From positions 134,912,001 through 134,976,000 of the forward strand of contig NC_083224.1 in assembly GCF_032191835.1 (NCBI RefSeq): a DNA stretch of 64,000 nucleotides, in the 5' to 3' direction. The stretch comes from Heteronotia binoei. Lineage: Eukaryota. The translations under genes and the position numbers were made by a program. This document shows, piece after piece, positions 23,130 to 37,229 of this stretch. The notes under the pieces were generated by a model. It was given only the letters and a program-made list of their open reading frames with translations, was not told where the DNA came from and ran no database searches. The first letter of the stretch is position 1; each line of letters opens with the position of its first letter.

Positions 23130-24045
23130 AATTTATTTTATTCAATTTATATCCTGCCCTCCCCGCGAAAGCAGGCTCAGGGCAAGTTACACAACCATGT
23201 AAATACATGGAACATAAAACCACATTGAGATACAAAAAACCATTTCAAGTGCTAAAATTATTTAAAATTTTTGATTTGTTTTTCCAGCTGGATGTTCTAT
23301 AAAAAGATCGATCTTAGATTCATGTTCAAGGTGGTCCAGTTGTTTCAGAGTCTGTTGTAGCCTGTGATCTTAATTTACAAATGCCTGGTGGAAGAGTGCT
23401 GTCTTACAGGCCCTGCGGAATTGTGTGAGCTCTTGCAGGGTTCTAACCTCCTCAGGGAGTTCATTCCACCAGCTTGGGGCTGCAACAGAAAAGGCCCTTG
23501 CTCTAGTTGTTATGAGCCTGGCCTCTTTAAGGTCAGGAATTGAGAGTAGATTTTGTGACCATGACCGAAGTGCTCTTTGGGGAACATGTGGGGAAAGGCA
23601 GTCCCGAAGGTATGAAGGTCCCTGGCCATATAGGGCTTTAAAGATAAGAACCAGCACCTTGAAATGAACCCAGTATGTGATGGGCAACCAGTGCAGCACT
23701 TTCAGCATAGGTTGAATGTGCTCCCACAAGGGAAGGACCATTAACAGCCTGGCTGCAGACTTCTGCACTAGTTGAAGCTTCCGAGTTTGAGACAAGGGCA
23801 GCCCTATGTAGAAGGCATTACAGTAATCCAATCACAAGGTGACCGTAGCATGAATCACTGTCGCCAAGTTGTTGCGTTCGAGGTGGGGGACCAACTGCCT
23901 TATCAGTCAAAGGTGATAAAAGGCTGATTTGGCAGTGACTGCCACCTGGGTCTCCATTGTTAAGGAGGAGATCAGGAACACCCCTGAGCTTTTAACCTTA
24001 GGTGCCAACATAAATGGTGCTCCATCAAAGGTCAGAAGTCAGACC
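23130..24045 (-). mobile_element. L2 LINE 3' fragment
   Basis: DYCNAFYIGLP...KLQLVQKSAARLL...LHWLP...RAFSVAAPSWWNELP; L2 tail near 23130-23190. Confidence 0.9.
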
Positions 24046-24049
24046 TCTG

Positions 24050-24960
24050 CAATAAATTTTGAATTTGCAAATAAACCAGAAAGATAGTTGGTTTATAAAC
24101 TGAGAAAAGAAACAGAAAATAAAATGATTTTAAAATTACAAGGAAATATTGTATTAACAAATAGCATGACTATTCAAAATTTCATTTCATAAATATTACT
24201 GTACTTTATATAAAGCCCAGAATGTTCCATTGGAAAAAATAGATGAAATCTTAATAAGCAGATTTTAGAAGAACAAAGACAAATCATGAATGGACCTATA
24301 ATAAGAGAATTAGTGGAAGCCATAAAAAAAGAGTAAACAGGACTCTTTTTTTGAGCAGGAATGTACAGGAACACAGTTCTGCCTGGCTTGGCATTGGGGG
24401 TGTGGCCTAATATGCACATGAGTTCATGCCCTGAGAGTAAACAAAGGAAAATGTGAGGACCAAATGGTTTATCAGGTGTAAAGTACAATGAACTCTGTTT
24501 TATAAAAGATGCCTGAGACATGGAAAGAAGCCAATATTACATTGATACCTAAAGAGGGACAGGTCTTGACTTTGACAAGAAATCGCAGACCAATTTAATT
24601 ACTTAATAATGACTATAAATTTACCACAATTTTAGTGGAAAGGTTGAAATTGATTCTACAAAGATTTATACATGATCAATGTGGTTTTCTACCTAAGAGA
24701 CAGCTGAAGGACAAATTTAGAACTGTATTAGATATTTTGAAATACTTAGAGAAGCACAATTAAAAACAAGCCACACTGATTTTTTTGATCAGAGAAAATG
24801 TTTGATAATTTGAACTGAATTTTTAAAATTTTGTTTACAGTATTAGAAAATATGAACTTTGGAGAAAATTTATTAAATGGGTGAAATCAATCTATACTCC
24901 ACAGTCTGCAAAAATAATAATTAATGGGGATTAATTGAAGAATAATCTGTATTATTCAAA
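24050..24960 (+). mobile_element. Degenerate L1 ORF2 fragment
   Basis: Broken frames with PERLVYKL-like and KIIING motifs, comparable to the L1 at 59723-64000. Confidence 0.65.
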
Positions 24961-25009
24961 AATAAAAAGAGATTGCCTCTTCCTATATGTGCCCCAAATA
25001 GCCTTATAC

Positions 25010-25360
25010 TCAGCCAACCATCTGCTCCTGCTGTCCCCGGCCCAAAGGATGTCCACTTTGCCTCGACTGAGGCCAGGACATTTTCTGCCCTGGCCCTGAC
25101 CTGGTGGAACATGCTCCTCTTTGAGATCAGGGCCTTGTAGGGCCTTCTACTGTTCCACAGGGCCTGTAAAAGGGAGCTGTTCCACCAGGGTTTTGGATGA
25201 CGCAGTGGGTGTCCAATGAAGTTGGCTTCCCTTGCTGAAGTTCTCCATCTCTGTGACCCAGATTGAGATCTTTAATGTCTCAGCAGCTCTAGCCTTTGAA
25301 ACTATCAGACTTTAACTGATAGTACTACCTGTTTCAATTTATATGGTTTTTAACTGTTTT
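25010..25360 (+). mobile_element. L2 LINE 3' end
   Basis: RTFSALALTWWNML motif and 3' UTR shared with 11395-11610. Confidence 0.7.
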
Positions 25361-26386
25361 ACAGCGCAATCCTAAGGGCGGGGGGGGGGGGGCTGAAAGT
25401 GCTTTGGGAGCAAACTAACTGCTTTCTTTGGAAAATCTACTGTTGGAGACAGCTTGCTGTCTGTTCTGCCAGTACATTTGTAAATGAAGTAAACATTTCA
25501 AAGACACAATAAGGTTCCAGAGATCCTTTATTCAAATGAAGCAAAACTGTTGCTCTTGGACTTCCCGTAACTCAGGGACTTGTGCAGCATTCAACAAAAG
25601 CCATTAGAAAACTGTGTGCACATAAATAGTGTAGCAACAGCACCCTATTGACATAGAACAGGATCCCCCAACATGGTGCTCATGGGCACCATGGTACCTG
25701 CTAGCACCAAATATTTTTAGAAAGTGAAAACAATCGGTTCTTGGTATCCTACTAGCAGCTGCAAAACTTGCAATCGCTTCTCAATGGAAATCCCCTCCAG
25801 CTCCATCTGTTTTGGCTTGGCACTCCAGACTTTGTGAACAATATGCTTTAGCCAAACTAACTTTTAATCTTAACTCCTTGCCTTCACCAGCAATGGCTAC
25901 CAAGTTTAAAAGAACCTGGCCTCCTATTTTAAATTATTTGGCAAAGAACAGAGAAATTCCAAAAGAACTTTATGCCTGTTTATTTAACGTCTTATCTTTA
26001 CACACTTTTTTTTGTCTTATTGGTGTTGCCGCACCACTGTTTTAATTTTTTGAGTAATTATTTTTTTTAAAAAAATTTAAATTTTAAAAGCGAGTGGAGC
26101 CAAGAATTTTGATTAACCATTGGATATTTGATTGGCTGTGCATATTTTTTTAAAAACCTGCTTGGGAAGTAGCTGCCACCACATCACAAGTGTCTTCACT
26201 TTGTGACTGAAAGTAACCTAATACTGCCATTTTGTGGCTGGCTCTGCCTCCTGAAGCAACCATTTTATGGCTGTGCCCACCATGCTGTGTCAGAATTCCA
26301 AATGTTTCCACAGGCTCAAAAAGGTTGGGGAGCTCAGATATAGGGAGAAATCTCCTTTAGGCACTAGCATCTGCTCAGTTGTTTAA

Positions 26387-26535
26387 AAGGTCTGATTATT
26401 CAGAAAACTATGTAATACTTTCTGAATAATCAGACCTTCTGAATAATCAGACTTTGTAACAAATCTAGACTAAATGCAATTCTTCAGACACTATGTGTCT
26501 GAAGAATTGCATTTAGTCTAGATTTGTTACAAAGT
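26387..26535. repeat. Two adjacent perfect inverted repeats plus a 16-bp tandem duplication
   Basis: 20-bp arms 26387-26406 / 26419-26438; 41-bp arms 26451-26491 / 26495-26535; TTCTGAATAATCAGAC repeated at 26420 and 26437. Confidence 0.95.
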
Positions 26536-28789
26536 TGCTTGGTGGGGAGGAGTTAAAGCAGAGTGCATGCAAGGAATAGATTTTGTGAGGGTTTTTTCCT
26601 TTTTTAAATACATGATAAATTTTAGAATGCCTTTATGTTCTATTTCTATTATTTGTCCTTCTGACTAGATGCCTGGTTAATTTTACATCTTTATCAACAT
26701 TATTAATAGGAAACTGATCAGGCTGGAATTGTGGAATCTGTATTTTTATTCTATCTTTTTTATTCTATCTTTTTTACTAAATTATGATTTAATGGTATTT
26801 TAATTGTTTAAACTGAAATTGTTTTAATTATTGTGTTGTAAGCCGCCCTGAGACACCTAGGTGAGAAGGGCGGGGTATAAATCTTAATATAAATATAAAT
26901 ATATATAAATAAATAATATAAATAAATAAAATTTGGGGTGGAAAAAAATACTGGCTAACTGTCCCAGAGGAGGGACCAACTGAAATTAATTAACAATGTA
27001 TGTGTAGATACATAAATGTAATATAATAATTCCTGCTCTAAAATGTTTAACTTGTTGAATATTAAAGTAACATTGCAATTTTTTTGTGGTAAACTATTTG
27101 TAGAGAATTGAAGATTTTATCCTTCAGAAATGCATTCATCCTCCCCTAAATTTCATGATGGATTTTACATGATTTACAAGAACAGCAATATGAATCTTAG
27201 CATCCATAAATGGATTTAGAATTCCCATTTTTGTATAGCTAGGTTTGGCTCAAAATACATGTTTTATGTGGATCACGAGATAAATGAAAACATTCTGAAC
27301 TCTAAGATAACCCTGAAATAGTACATCTGTATTACAATAAACTTTCATGTTTTATCTCATTCTGCTCGGCCCTCTGAAAGACTGCAGAAGTGAAAAGCCT
27401 CTAGAAAGAGTGGGAGGAAATGGTTTTCATAGACTATATAAAACCACAGCAGTCAATTATCCCACGCATAAAACTAGAGAGAGACAGATGGAAGCCTTCT
27501 GACACCCAGTCTATGGAGCAAATTAAGATGCAATGAAATATAATATTTATTCCTGCACCTGCATCCTTAAAAGAAAAAAAACATACGCTTCTTTGGGAGA
27601 GGTGGGCATAAACCAAGGAAACACATGTTCTCTGTAAACAAATATCTTTATATTTTAAACCCAGTACATAAATCCTGCACAGGGAATAGAATAAAGGATT
27701 ACATCATCCCAGACTTCAGAGGACAAGGGAACATCTTTTGTAGATGCTTAATACAACACATGAGATCATCTTCCTAATGTTTGACATGTGGCATTCTGAG
27801 TAGGCGTTACTACATATAGATACTTGCCCCCCCCACACACATTCTGAGGCTTAAAGCAGACTGTATGTGTATGTGATTTTCAGTCTGTAAATTCTCCAGC
27901 ACCATAACACAATCCATATCACTTCCCACAATAGTTTTAGGGGCCAAGTAATACATCTGAAGTTCCAGTCATGATGTGGGATTACTTGAATTTTGAAAGT
28001 ATCCTTGACCTGATATGGAGAGGAAAATCCAATGATGCTTGATTGCTTCCTTCTCTGAAAATGTATATTCTGGCATCCAAAAGTTTATTTTTTTACAGCA
28101 CAATCCTAAGGGGAGGAGGAATGGGCTCAGGGGGCAGAGATTGGTCATCTGACTGTGCGGGTGGGTGGTGGTGCCAAAGTGTGTGGAATGCATTGCCACA
28201 TGGCAATCTGCCCTCTGTCCTCCCACCCCACCCCAGGAACCTTTCCTCTGTCATTTGCAGCCAATGTGGTGGGCCACCTTTGTGAGCTGAGGCAAACTGC
28301 ATTCAAGAATCAACTTCAAGATAACAATCCATGATGCAAAAATCCATAAAGTCTTAGTAAGACACTGGATCAGTTGCTTGTAATTCAAGCTCTGACTTTA
28401 GATGAAAAGAGCATGATGGCATGTGCCCTAGATATTAAAGTTGCATGTTTCAATAGCTCATTTTCTTCTGGTCACAATTATTTCATGTAGAGCCACTGCT
28501 CACACTATCAAATGCAGCACACAGGTTGTCTCAACACTAATGCCTATACTGAGAACTATGCTGCCGGCATTAGTGACAGTATCATCAAGGCTGGATTCTG
28601 ATGTATATCCCAAATTTTAACCTGGGCAAAATAGTATTAGCTAAAACTATGGTTGGAGGAATGTCCCCTTAATAGAGGCTCAGTGGGATATTTACCAGAT
28701 GATATTTATATCCAGTCCATTAAAAGTTTCAGCTTCCCATTTTTACACATTAAAATTCAGATTGTTGGTAACCTTGGCCAAATCATAGA

Positions 28790-29345
28790 ATCACAGAAGA
28801 ATAATAGAATCATAGCGTTGGAAAGGACCTCCAGGGTCATCAATCCCCTGTACAATGCAGGAAATTCACAAGTACCTCCCCCACCCCCAGTGACCTCTGT
28901 TCTATGCCCAGAAGATGGCAATAAACCGCCAGGATCCCTGACCAAACTGGCCTGAAGAAAAATTGCTTTCTGACTCCAAAACGGTAATCAGCATTTCCCT
29001 GAGTCTGTAAGAAAGGGCCATGAGAACTAAGGACTGATGCAACCTATCCTGCCCTCCTTCTCATGATCAGCCCAAGTCCACAAAATCAGCATTGCTGTTA
29101 GATAGCCTTCTAGCCTCTGTTTGAAAACCTCCAAAGGAGAGCCCATCACCTCCTGAGGAAGCCTGTTCCACTGAGGAACCACTCTATCAGGAAGTTCTTC
29201 CTAATGTTTAGCAGAAAACTCTTTTGATTTAATTTCAACCTGTTGGTTCCAATCTTCCCTTCTGCGGCCATAGAAAACAACTCTGCACCATCCTCTGTAT
29301 GACAGCCCTTCAAGAACTTGAAGATGGTTATCGTATCACTTCTCA
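28790..29345 (-). mobile_element. CR1 LINE 3' fragment
   Basis: (ATAGAATC)-type tail in reverse plus CTTCCTCAGTGGAACAGGCTTCCTCAGGAGGTG (WNRLP.EV) on the minus strand. Confidence 0.75.
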
Positions 29346-32300
29346 GACATGGGGGAATGGGTGGAATATTATTATTATTATATAATAGCAGGGATAATTA
29401 CCTGTACTTCCCAGAAAGGTGAAGGTCATAGTAAGATTGTCAGCCAACTGGAAAAAGATGGTTTTGGGACTTAATGGAAGAGTTAACCCTTAGTCTGGTT
29501 TAAAAGAAAGTCCTGGGAATGCTCAGAAGTAAGAAAAGGGGGGAAAAGGCCATTCTGGCCATGCCCACCCTTAGAGATGGTGACCCCACTGGTGGATATC
29601 CAGATGGCACCTGTGTTTTGGCCACTGTGTGACACAGAATGTTGGACTGGCCTGATCCAACATGGCTTCTCTTATGTTCTTATGAGAAGGGGAGAGGGCT
29701 TACCGCAGTAAGGGAAGGGAGAGCCTGCTCTCTTTCTTTTCATGCAGCTTTTCATGCAGCTTTCTTTTCATGCAGCATCAGTGGCTGTAGGAGTAAAGGT
29801 ATTTAGTGTTGGTGTCTGCACTGCCACTCACAGAGCAGGAAGATTAAGTGGTCCTTCCAATTTTTTGAGTTGAGACTGTTTGCTGCTTTATAGGTCAATT
29901 TGAATTACATCCAATAGCATTCTGAATAACAATGGAAATCTTCCAACTCAACAGCGACATGTTCATTGTGGTGTGTCCCTCTCAAAAAACTTGCCATACT
30001 ATTTTGAATCAATGGAAGTTTCCAAGAGATCTTAAAGGCATCCCCACATAGAGTGTACTACAGGGAAAAAATTAGTGTGACCAGAACATGAATAATTTTG
30101 AAATTTTCATTGCTTTGCATGAAGAGGCATAGGTAGGGAATTAACTGAAAGCAATTTCACAGAAGGCACTTAGGCAATCCAAAATAAGGCTGGATCTAAA
30201 AGCATCCCCAAGCTGTGGACCTCAATTCCCCTCCCACACGCTGCTACAATGTTGTTAATACATAGCATTCATTGCACTTCACTGTCAAAGGAAGGTTCGC
30301 TTTTTAAATCTAAGCTGTTGCACAACATTTACAGTCTCTTCTAATTAGGTTATACATCTTAAATTATCCAGATGATCTCAAGAAAAAAAAATCTCATCTT
30401 ATTTACTGCATCAGACTTCTTTTTTCAGTTGAAACAAGCCGTAAACAGTCATTTGGAGGAAAAGGTTCATCTCCCTGTATTTGCCAATAGAACCATATGT
30501 TTGATTTGGCAATAAATTTTCACGTAAGGCAAAAACAACAGTGCGACAGGGATGTAAAGAACAGTTTCAAAAAAGTTCCACTGTCAATGACTGGATAGCA
30601 CTTTTTAAAGGTTTTTATTGCTGAACTCAGGACCTTATATGATCATAAGACATTCCTTTGATCAGGCTTTCTTCAAAGAGATTAAACATTTAAGATAAAG
30701 CATAAATATAACTCACATTTATTCAGATTACTGAGGAACCATATAACCTCTACATTCTACTGAGAGTATTACTTAGAACAGATCTGAGTGGAGCCTATAT
30801 TTATTACTTTTTGGTGCCAAGCTAAAAATCTTTTTTTCCCCCTGCCCTTTTGTGGATAGATATGTACTTCTGCTTTTTATCACAGTTTGGCTGATTTCAT
30901 CTGGTTTTATTTGCTGTTTCATTTTTTTTTTTGTTTATTGTTTTTAGTCCAATCTGGACTTTCCAGTAAACCACTTTTACACTTTGAAATAAAAAATAAT
31001 TAATAAACCAGAACTGTCCATCATAAAATGTTATATATGTTTAAAATGATGTATTGACTTTCAAAGGGTGAATATCTGTACATTTTTATGGATGTGGAAC
31101 TTCCATTAACATTGATAGAGAGCCTGTGATTATATTCTTTGTCTGAATGGCTGAAAATGAAATCTATTCTAATCAATGACATAAAGTCATTTATCAGTTT
31201 TTCTTATTTTCTTAATAAAATGTCCTTAAATAACATGAGGTGTAATAAAATATATCTGAGGGTACAAAAGCATTCCACTCTTGCATTCTGTTGCATTAAA
31301 AAGCAAATTAAATTTTCCTTTTATTCTTCAGCCATGTTATTATTGATGAAGATTATAATGAAAGGAACTTGTGAGAATTTTAAATGAGAGGGTTATGCAC
31401 TCCAAAAATCCCATGTAGTGGTTTTTGTGTTTCTCTTAATCTTAAATATTAGTACTTTAACAGGTTTAATTTTTGTGTGTGTGACTCTGTCAATGGGGAA
31501 AAACAGGGAGAAGGCAATCTCCGAGATACCATCATCCCAGGCTGTTTAAGATTATAAAACCAGATTTGAAGTGGTCCTGTAAATGGACTGATAACCAGTG
31601 AAGATGAAACAAAATACAAATAATCTTTCAGTAGCAGCTTGCCTTTACAACAATCTGGCTGCAGTACTCCAGACTAGCTGTAATTCCAAAACACTTCCAG
31701 AATGTTACTATGGTGGTCTAATCTGATGCCAGTGAGGTATGAGTAACCACCACCAGGTGGATGGCTAATGGATCAAACAGAGCCCTCTCTAATTTTCAAT
31801 GTGCATAGCAGTTTTTCATTCTACTTAATTACCATAAGATCTTTTATGGTAAATCATTAACTATAATGAGGTATATCTGTTAGACAATACACTGAGCTGA
31901 GCTAATTTGAAATCATTACAAATAAGATTGATTCCTGACATATGTCCCTAGTTTTTCACACCAGACCTGACATATTCCATGTAATGAACACAAATGTTTA
32001 TGCCCTTTACTGATATACTATTCTACAGGTACAATTTGGAAATGTTTGTGACATTTTTAGTAGCCTGTAAAAACATGGGAAATTGCCAGAAATTCCATCT
32101 ATCCATTATAGTGAACTAATTACAACACTTAAATTTATTGTTAATTTTTCATCCACTGGCATGGACTTTTATAAATTTCCAAAAATATACTAATAGCTCA
32201 TTTGTATTGATTATAGATTCACTTTCAGATAACAGAAAGTTTGGTGTAACCTTGCCATGTTCTGGATTCTGCAATGTCAGATTTTGTAGCAATATACTGG

Positions 32301-32654
32301 CAGTGCAAGTAGTTTATGCATTAGATGCAAGTGCAGGATCACTGCTTAGGACACCTGCATTGATCAAAGCCCTTATGACTTTCTGGTATCTCAGCGCCAT
32401 ACAGAGATTCTTGTAAATTACTGATTGGCAGGACAGGACAATGTATGGTTCCACTATGACCCTGCATGAAACATGTGTGTCTACCAATAGCCAACTGGCC
32501 TATACCTGACAGGGGCTCAGCCACATGCATCTGAAGGGTTTAATAGAATCTGTGGCACTGCCAAAGCTGTTATCTGTACATTTAGGATCTGTCAATCCTT
32601 TGTGTTGCATTTAGGAAAGGTGATATCCAGAAAGACGTACTTTTCTCCCTTTCT

Positions 32655-32858
32655 CACAATACAAGAACTTGTGGGCATTCGATGAAATTGCTGAGCAGAC
32701 AGGTTAAAACGGATAAAAGGAAATACTTCTTCACCCAAAGGGTGATTAACATGTGGAATTCACTGCCACAGGAGGTGGTGGCGGCCACAAGCATGGCCAC
32801 CTTCAAGAGGGGGTTAGATAAAAATATGGAGCAGAGGTCCATCAGTGGCTATTAGCCA

Positions 32859-32896
<38 letters not shown>

Positions 32897-32985
32897 TTTG
32901 GCCGCTGTGTGACACAGAATGTTGGACTGGATGGGCCATTGGCCTGATCTAACATGGCTTCTCTTATGTTCTTATGTTATGTTCT
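32655..32985 (+). mobile_element. CR1 LINE 3' end with internal (TG)n and (TTCTTATG)n tail
   Basis: KRKYFFTQRVINMWNSLPQEVV motif; the same tail recurs at ~29600-29685. Confidence 0.9.
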
Positions 32986-33699
32986 TAAAGACACCCCTGT
33001 ATTGATTCCCAAGCCATGCACCCCTGGAATGTGATATTGCAATGTAACCCTAGAATATTAATATGACACAGCAATGCCCATTTGAATTGGAATGGTCTTT
33101 CTTGCACATAAGGGAGAAAAATACAATTTCTTCTTGGCCCCAGGCAGGCTGGAATGATGTCAAGTCTGATTCACAGGCTGGACATGGTGGCCAAGTGCTG
33201 AACGGTTGAGAAGCATCCATCTTTCTGCTCCTGGAAATGAAGAATTCCAGGCCCAGAGAGGGACAAATGGTGGGCAGAGCTGTAAAAATTCTTTCACTCT
33301 TTTGGCAACCTTTTAAATCCTGTTATCAAAGCATAAAGAAATAAGGGTGACCAGGAACCCTGCAACACAAATAAATGGCTTGTATATATATATACATACA
33401 TACATACATACATACATACGTTCTGTTATTCTTCAGGGCAAGACAGCAGAAACACAAAGGTTAAAGGTTAAGTGCTCATCTTGTTGTGAATGTGTGGTAT
33501 AACTGCAAACTGATCTCACATTTCTGACTTTTAACAAAGTTTTTATTTTTCTTTAATCACTGCTAAGGCTATCAAAGTCAACCAGTCTCCTGAACACTTG
33601 ATGGATGCCTATCCATGTTTGACACTAAGAGAGAAATCTATCACTTTTGGGGAGCTTCAAAGGAATCAGTTTGGGAAAACAGGGCCATAAAAAGTCATT

Positions 33700-34310
33700 T
33701 GGCCAGTGTAATTAAAATTCCTATGTTGGGGTATGGATCTATGACACAATGATCTCTGATTGGATATTCAACATATGACACTCTGATTTTCCATTGGTGT
33801 GACACTCTGCCTCCTCATTGGGTAATTGAATCGCTTGATGTGACATAATTTACCCTAGAAAACAGGCAATCCCACTTGTCAGGTTTGGGGTCAAGAGAGA
33901 GAAAAGGAGGAGTCGGAAAAGAAAAGGGAATTCTTCCATCCTCTCCTCCCTCCATCCCTTCCTACCCTCACCTCCCCTTCTTCTCAAGATAAATCTCCCT
34001 CCAGAGGCCTTGCATTTCCTCTGACTGAGCCTACCCTGCAAGATCTAGGTATTGTATAACCTCCCCCCCCATCCATACCTATTCAGCTAATCTCTGTATT
34101 CCTCTTGTATGCTTGAAATTGTTTGATTGGGATGTAACTATTTGAAACCCTATACCTATAATAAAATCCATTATTAACCAAAGGATTTTCAGTGGTCTAT
34201 CTCCGTAGACATTGGCAAAGATCCCTGCTCACCTCACCTCTCGTAGACTCACCATTTTGAGCTAAGAAATATTAATATTCCCCAATAAAAAGTTAGTTAA
34301 GGTGTAACAA
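33700..34310 (+). mobile_element. Possible solo LTR
   Basis: TGACAC repeats, AATAAA at ~34160, ends TGTAACA; 5' end and TSD not resolved. Confidence 0.3.
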
Positions 34311-35781
34311 AGGCAGCTGATGTTTTATAAATCTTTGGGTGCATTCACACACATGCTTTGCAACTGGGTACTTACTGTGTAAGAAAAGCAAAATCCATCT
34401 TCAAACGGTTGCCATGTGAAAGCACCCATAGCATTGCTGCAAATGAATTATTCTACATTAGCCAAACATTTCCATTAAAATGCAACCAACCCCCCCCCCC
34501 CCCCCCGCCATGACAATGATTTTCTCAAGGTGAAAACTACAATACTACTTAATATATGTGCCTTCCTTATTTTAACAAATATCTTTTATACCTTGCATTG
34601 TAATTCCCAATAAGCACATGTTGGAAATATTGTATATCCTGTTCCTGGTACATACATTTCCTGTTTCATATCTGTGTAGATTAATACACAAAAATTCATT
34701 TGATCCTGCCTAACTCTACAGTAAATCAATTCATCAGAATTGTTATTTGGGGCATTGGTTTCTACATTATTTATTCATCCTGATAGTTTTTTTTTTGTCC
34801 TGTCCTGTTCTAGTCATAGTACATGCCACTATGAAGAAAGAGATGCTTAGTAAATTGAATAAATCTATTCACTGTTACTTGTAATCAGTTCTTTCTACCT
34901 GGTTTTTGGAAAGGGCAGAGGGTAATGGCAATGGAAGGCCGAGTGGAAGTGGCAATGTTCTTGCTTGCCACTTCACACAGCTGTTCTTTCCTGTTAGAAT
35001 TACAGAACAGAAAGCAGCATACAAATACAACAGATTCACAATGCACTGGGACCCAGTGTGAAATATATAATTTTCAGAGGAAGAATTCAAGTGGTCATTT
35101 ACAGTTCCTGCTGGTAAAAGAGCATTCATTGTACCACTAATTACAGGTACTTCAATATCAATTACAATTTATTGAACAACAGAAGAATTCATATTAACAG
35201 CTTCCGTTCATATTGATAAAAGAGCTTCTATTGAGCAAAAGATTTCACTTTTTAACAATGGGCTTAGTAAAGGGTTTTTTTTTTATTATGATGACTGTAT
35301 GCATCTAAGAATTCATGCCATATGCACAGAACTTTGTAATTTATTACATATTTCTAGTCCATCTAGGGATACCTCTGAGGTAGGGCTATGCTCTCATCTT
35401 AAACATAATTAATCCTCTTTAGAACAAACAGTTATCATAAACAAAGGGAAAGTTAAATCAAACTTGATTGTTTCTTCAAATGCTCTTGATCTCTGCATGA
35501 TTGTAGATAAAGGTTCACTGAATGGAGACAGCAGTATTTCAAAACAACTCCAGGATATAACATCTATAGCTTGACAGTTTTTAGATCAGCATAAGTCAGA
35601 TATTTTAAAGCCTCTATATTGTATAATGGAATTATCACAGGATGGGTCTGCTGTAGAAGCCAGGATAACTCCTTTTTCCATTGGAACTATGTGTAATTTT
35701 GATACAAGAGACAGGCAATGCAATTATGCTTCATGGCTGTCATTCGTATAATATTGAGGTTACACCCAGCTTGGGCCCTTG

Positions 35782-37097
35782 TGTAAGCCAAAATGCCCTC
35801 AAAATGAGGTTGGGGAATTGTCAGGTGGGCACTTGGCTTAGTCAGGATCTTTTACCTGTGTATACAGGATTCCACGTCCAGAAAGTAATGCTTAAAAATA
35901 TTAGGGACTCTAATTAAGCAAAACAATTAAAATTTATTAAGAAAAATATAGGCTTCCATACAAGATGAAATACTCATAAAATCATACACACAGTCCTAAG
36001 AAAAATAGATAGAGAGATAGGGGAACACAAGGGTAGACGAACAGGGTGATATTTACCGATCGTAGTCTTCAAGGAAGGCTCCAATGGCAATGAGCGAGGA
36101 AGTGGGAGAGGGGACCCGAAACTTGGCCTTAGAATCGGGGATGGATCTAGGCAGCGGAAATTGGGATATTGCTAGACGCACACCTGTGGGTAGCTAGTCC
36201 ACAGGTTATAAGGACTCTCTTGAGCCCTTAGGTGATGGGAGGTACAAGGGAGGAGGAAGGTGGTCAGATGATACATGACCTCCCAAAAAGGGGAGGTTTC
36301 GCAGTGACCATAAGGGCTGGACTACTACGACAACCAATAGAAAGTTCATTGGTGGCACCTAATTGGGTGCCCATTCCTGACAAATGGACTTGCTTGGATC
36401 CTGGATACCTGAGTGAACTTTCAGGTTGAAATGGACCAGGGGGAGGCTCCAAAATGACAGTTGGAGAGAAGAATAGGAGAGATAACTGGGTGGAGAGATG
36501 CTTAAACTTATCTAAAAGGGTGACAATAGAGAGTCAAATAATGGCCTAGGTAACACCCGGTTTACACAAAGGAACTTGGCTCTGGCTGAAGATGGTCTTC
36601 CTCTTCTTCTCCTTGGCACCAGTCTTTATCTTGAGTTCTGTTAGACAAAGGCAGTGGCGGTTGAACAATTAGCCGCTCCTGGGGTGGGTAGATTGCTTGC
36701 AGGCACAAGTCACATCTGGTGTGTATGTGAGCCATCCACTTCGCTGAAATGGAGTCAGGCCTGGTAGGAAGATGGCTGTGTGTGGTGTTAGCCCTCCACG
36801 GTGGATTCCATGGTCAGTGCTTCATAACCGTTCGCCTGGATAGCTCTTGGCGGCGCAGTTTCCTCCACTTTATGGCCGGGGTGGACATCATACAGAATGA
36901 TGGGAAGCCATCCGTTCTCCTGTTGTACCGGTCTTGAGTGTCTTTGTAGCGTTATGGCTGCTAGTACTGCATGGGTCCCTTTTGCCCCTGGATAGGTTTA
37001 CTCACACTCTCTGGCCAGACGTGTGTGAGTCACTTCTCCAGGTGCTCTGGCAACCAAGTTTGTGATCACAATGTTCTGTTGGGGGCTTTTCCTCACA
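35782..37097 (-). mobile_element. Possible solo LTR (ERV/gypsy-like)
   Basis: TG...CA ends, AATAAA on the minus strand near 35935, imperfect 4-bp flanks CTTG/CTGG. Confidence 0.4.
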
Positions 37098-37229
37098 CTG
37101 GGCAGTTAAAAGGAGGCCTGGCCATTTTGGTATCTACCTCTTTAAGAGCAAGATGCACAGTAATGCCTCCATTGAAACAATTGGCAATGGCTGTTCTCCT
37201 GCAGCTTGATTGACATGTGGTATTAGCGA

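Noticed and set aside
31630-31740. AACLYNNLAAVL peptide between splice-like signals (TPR-like)
   Set aside because: All three frames hit a stop before the donor; no further support
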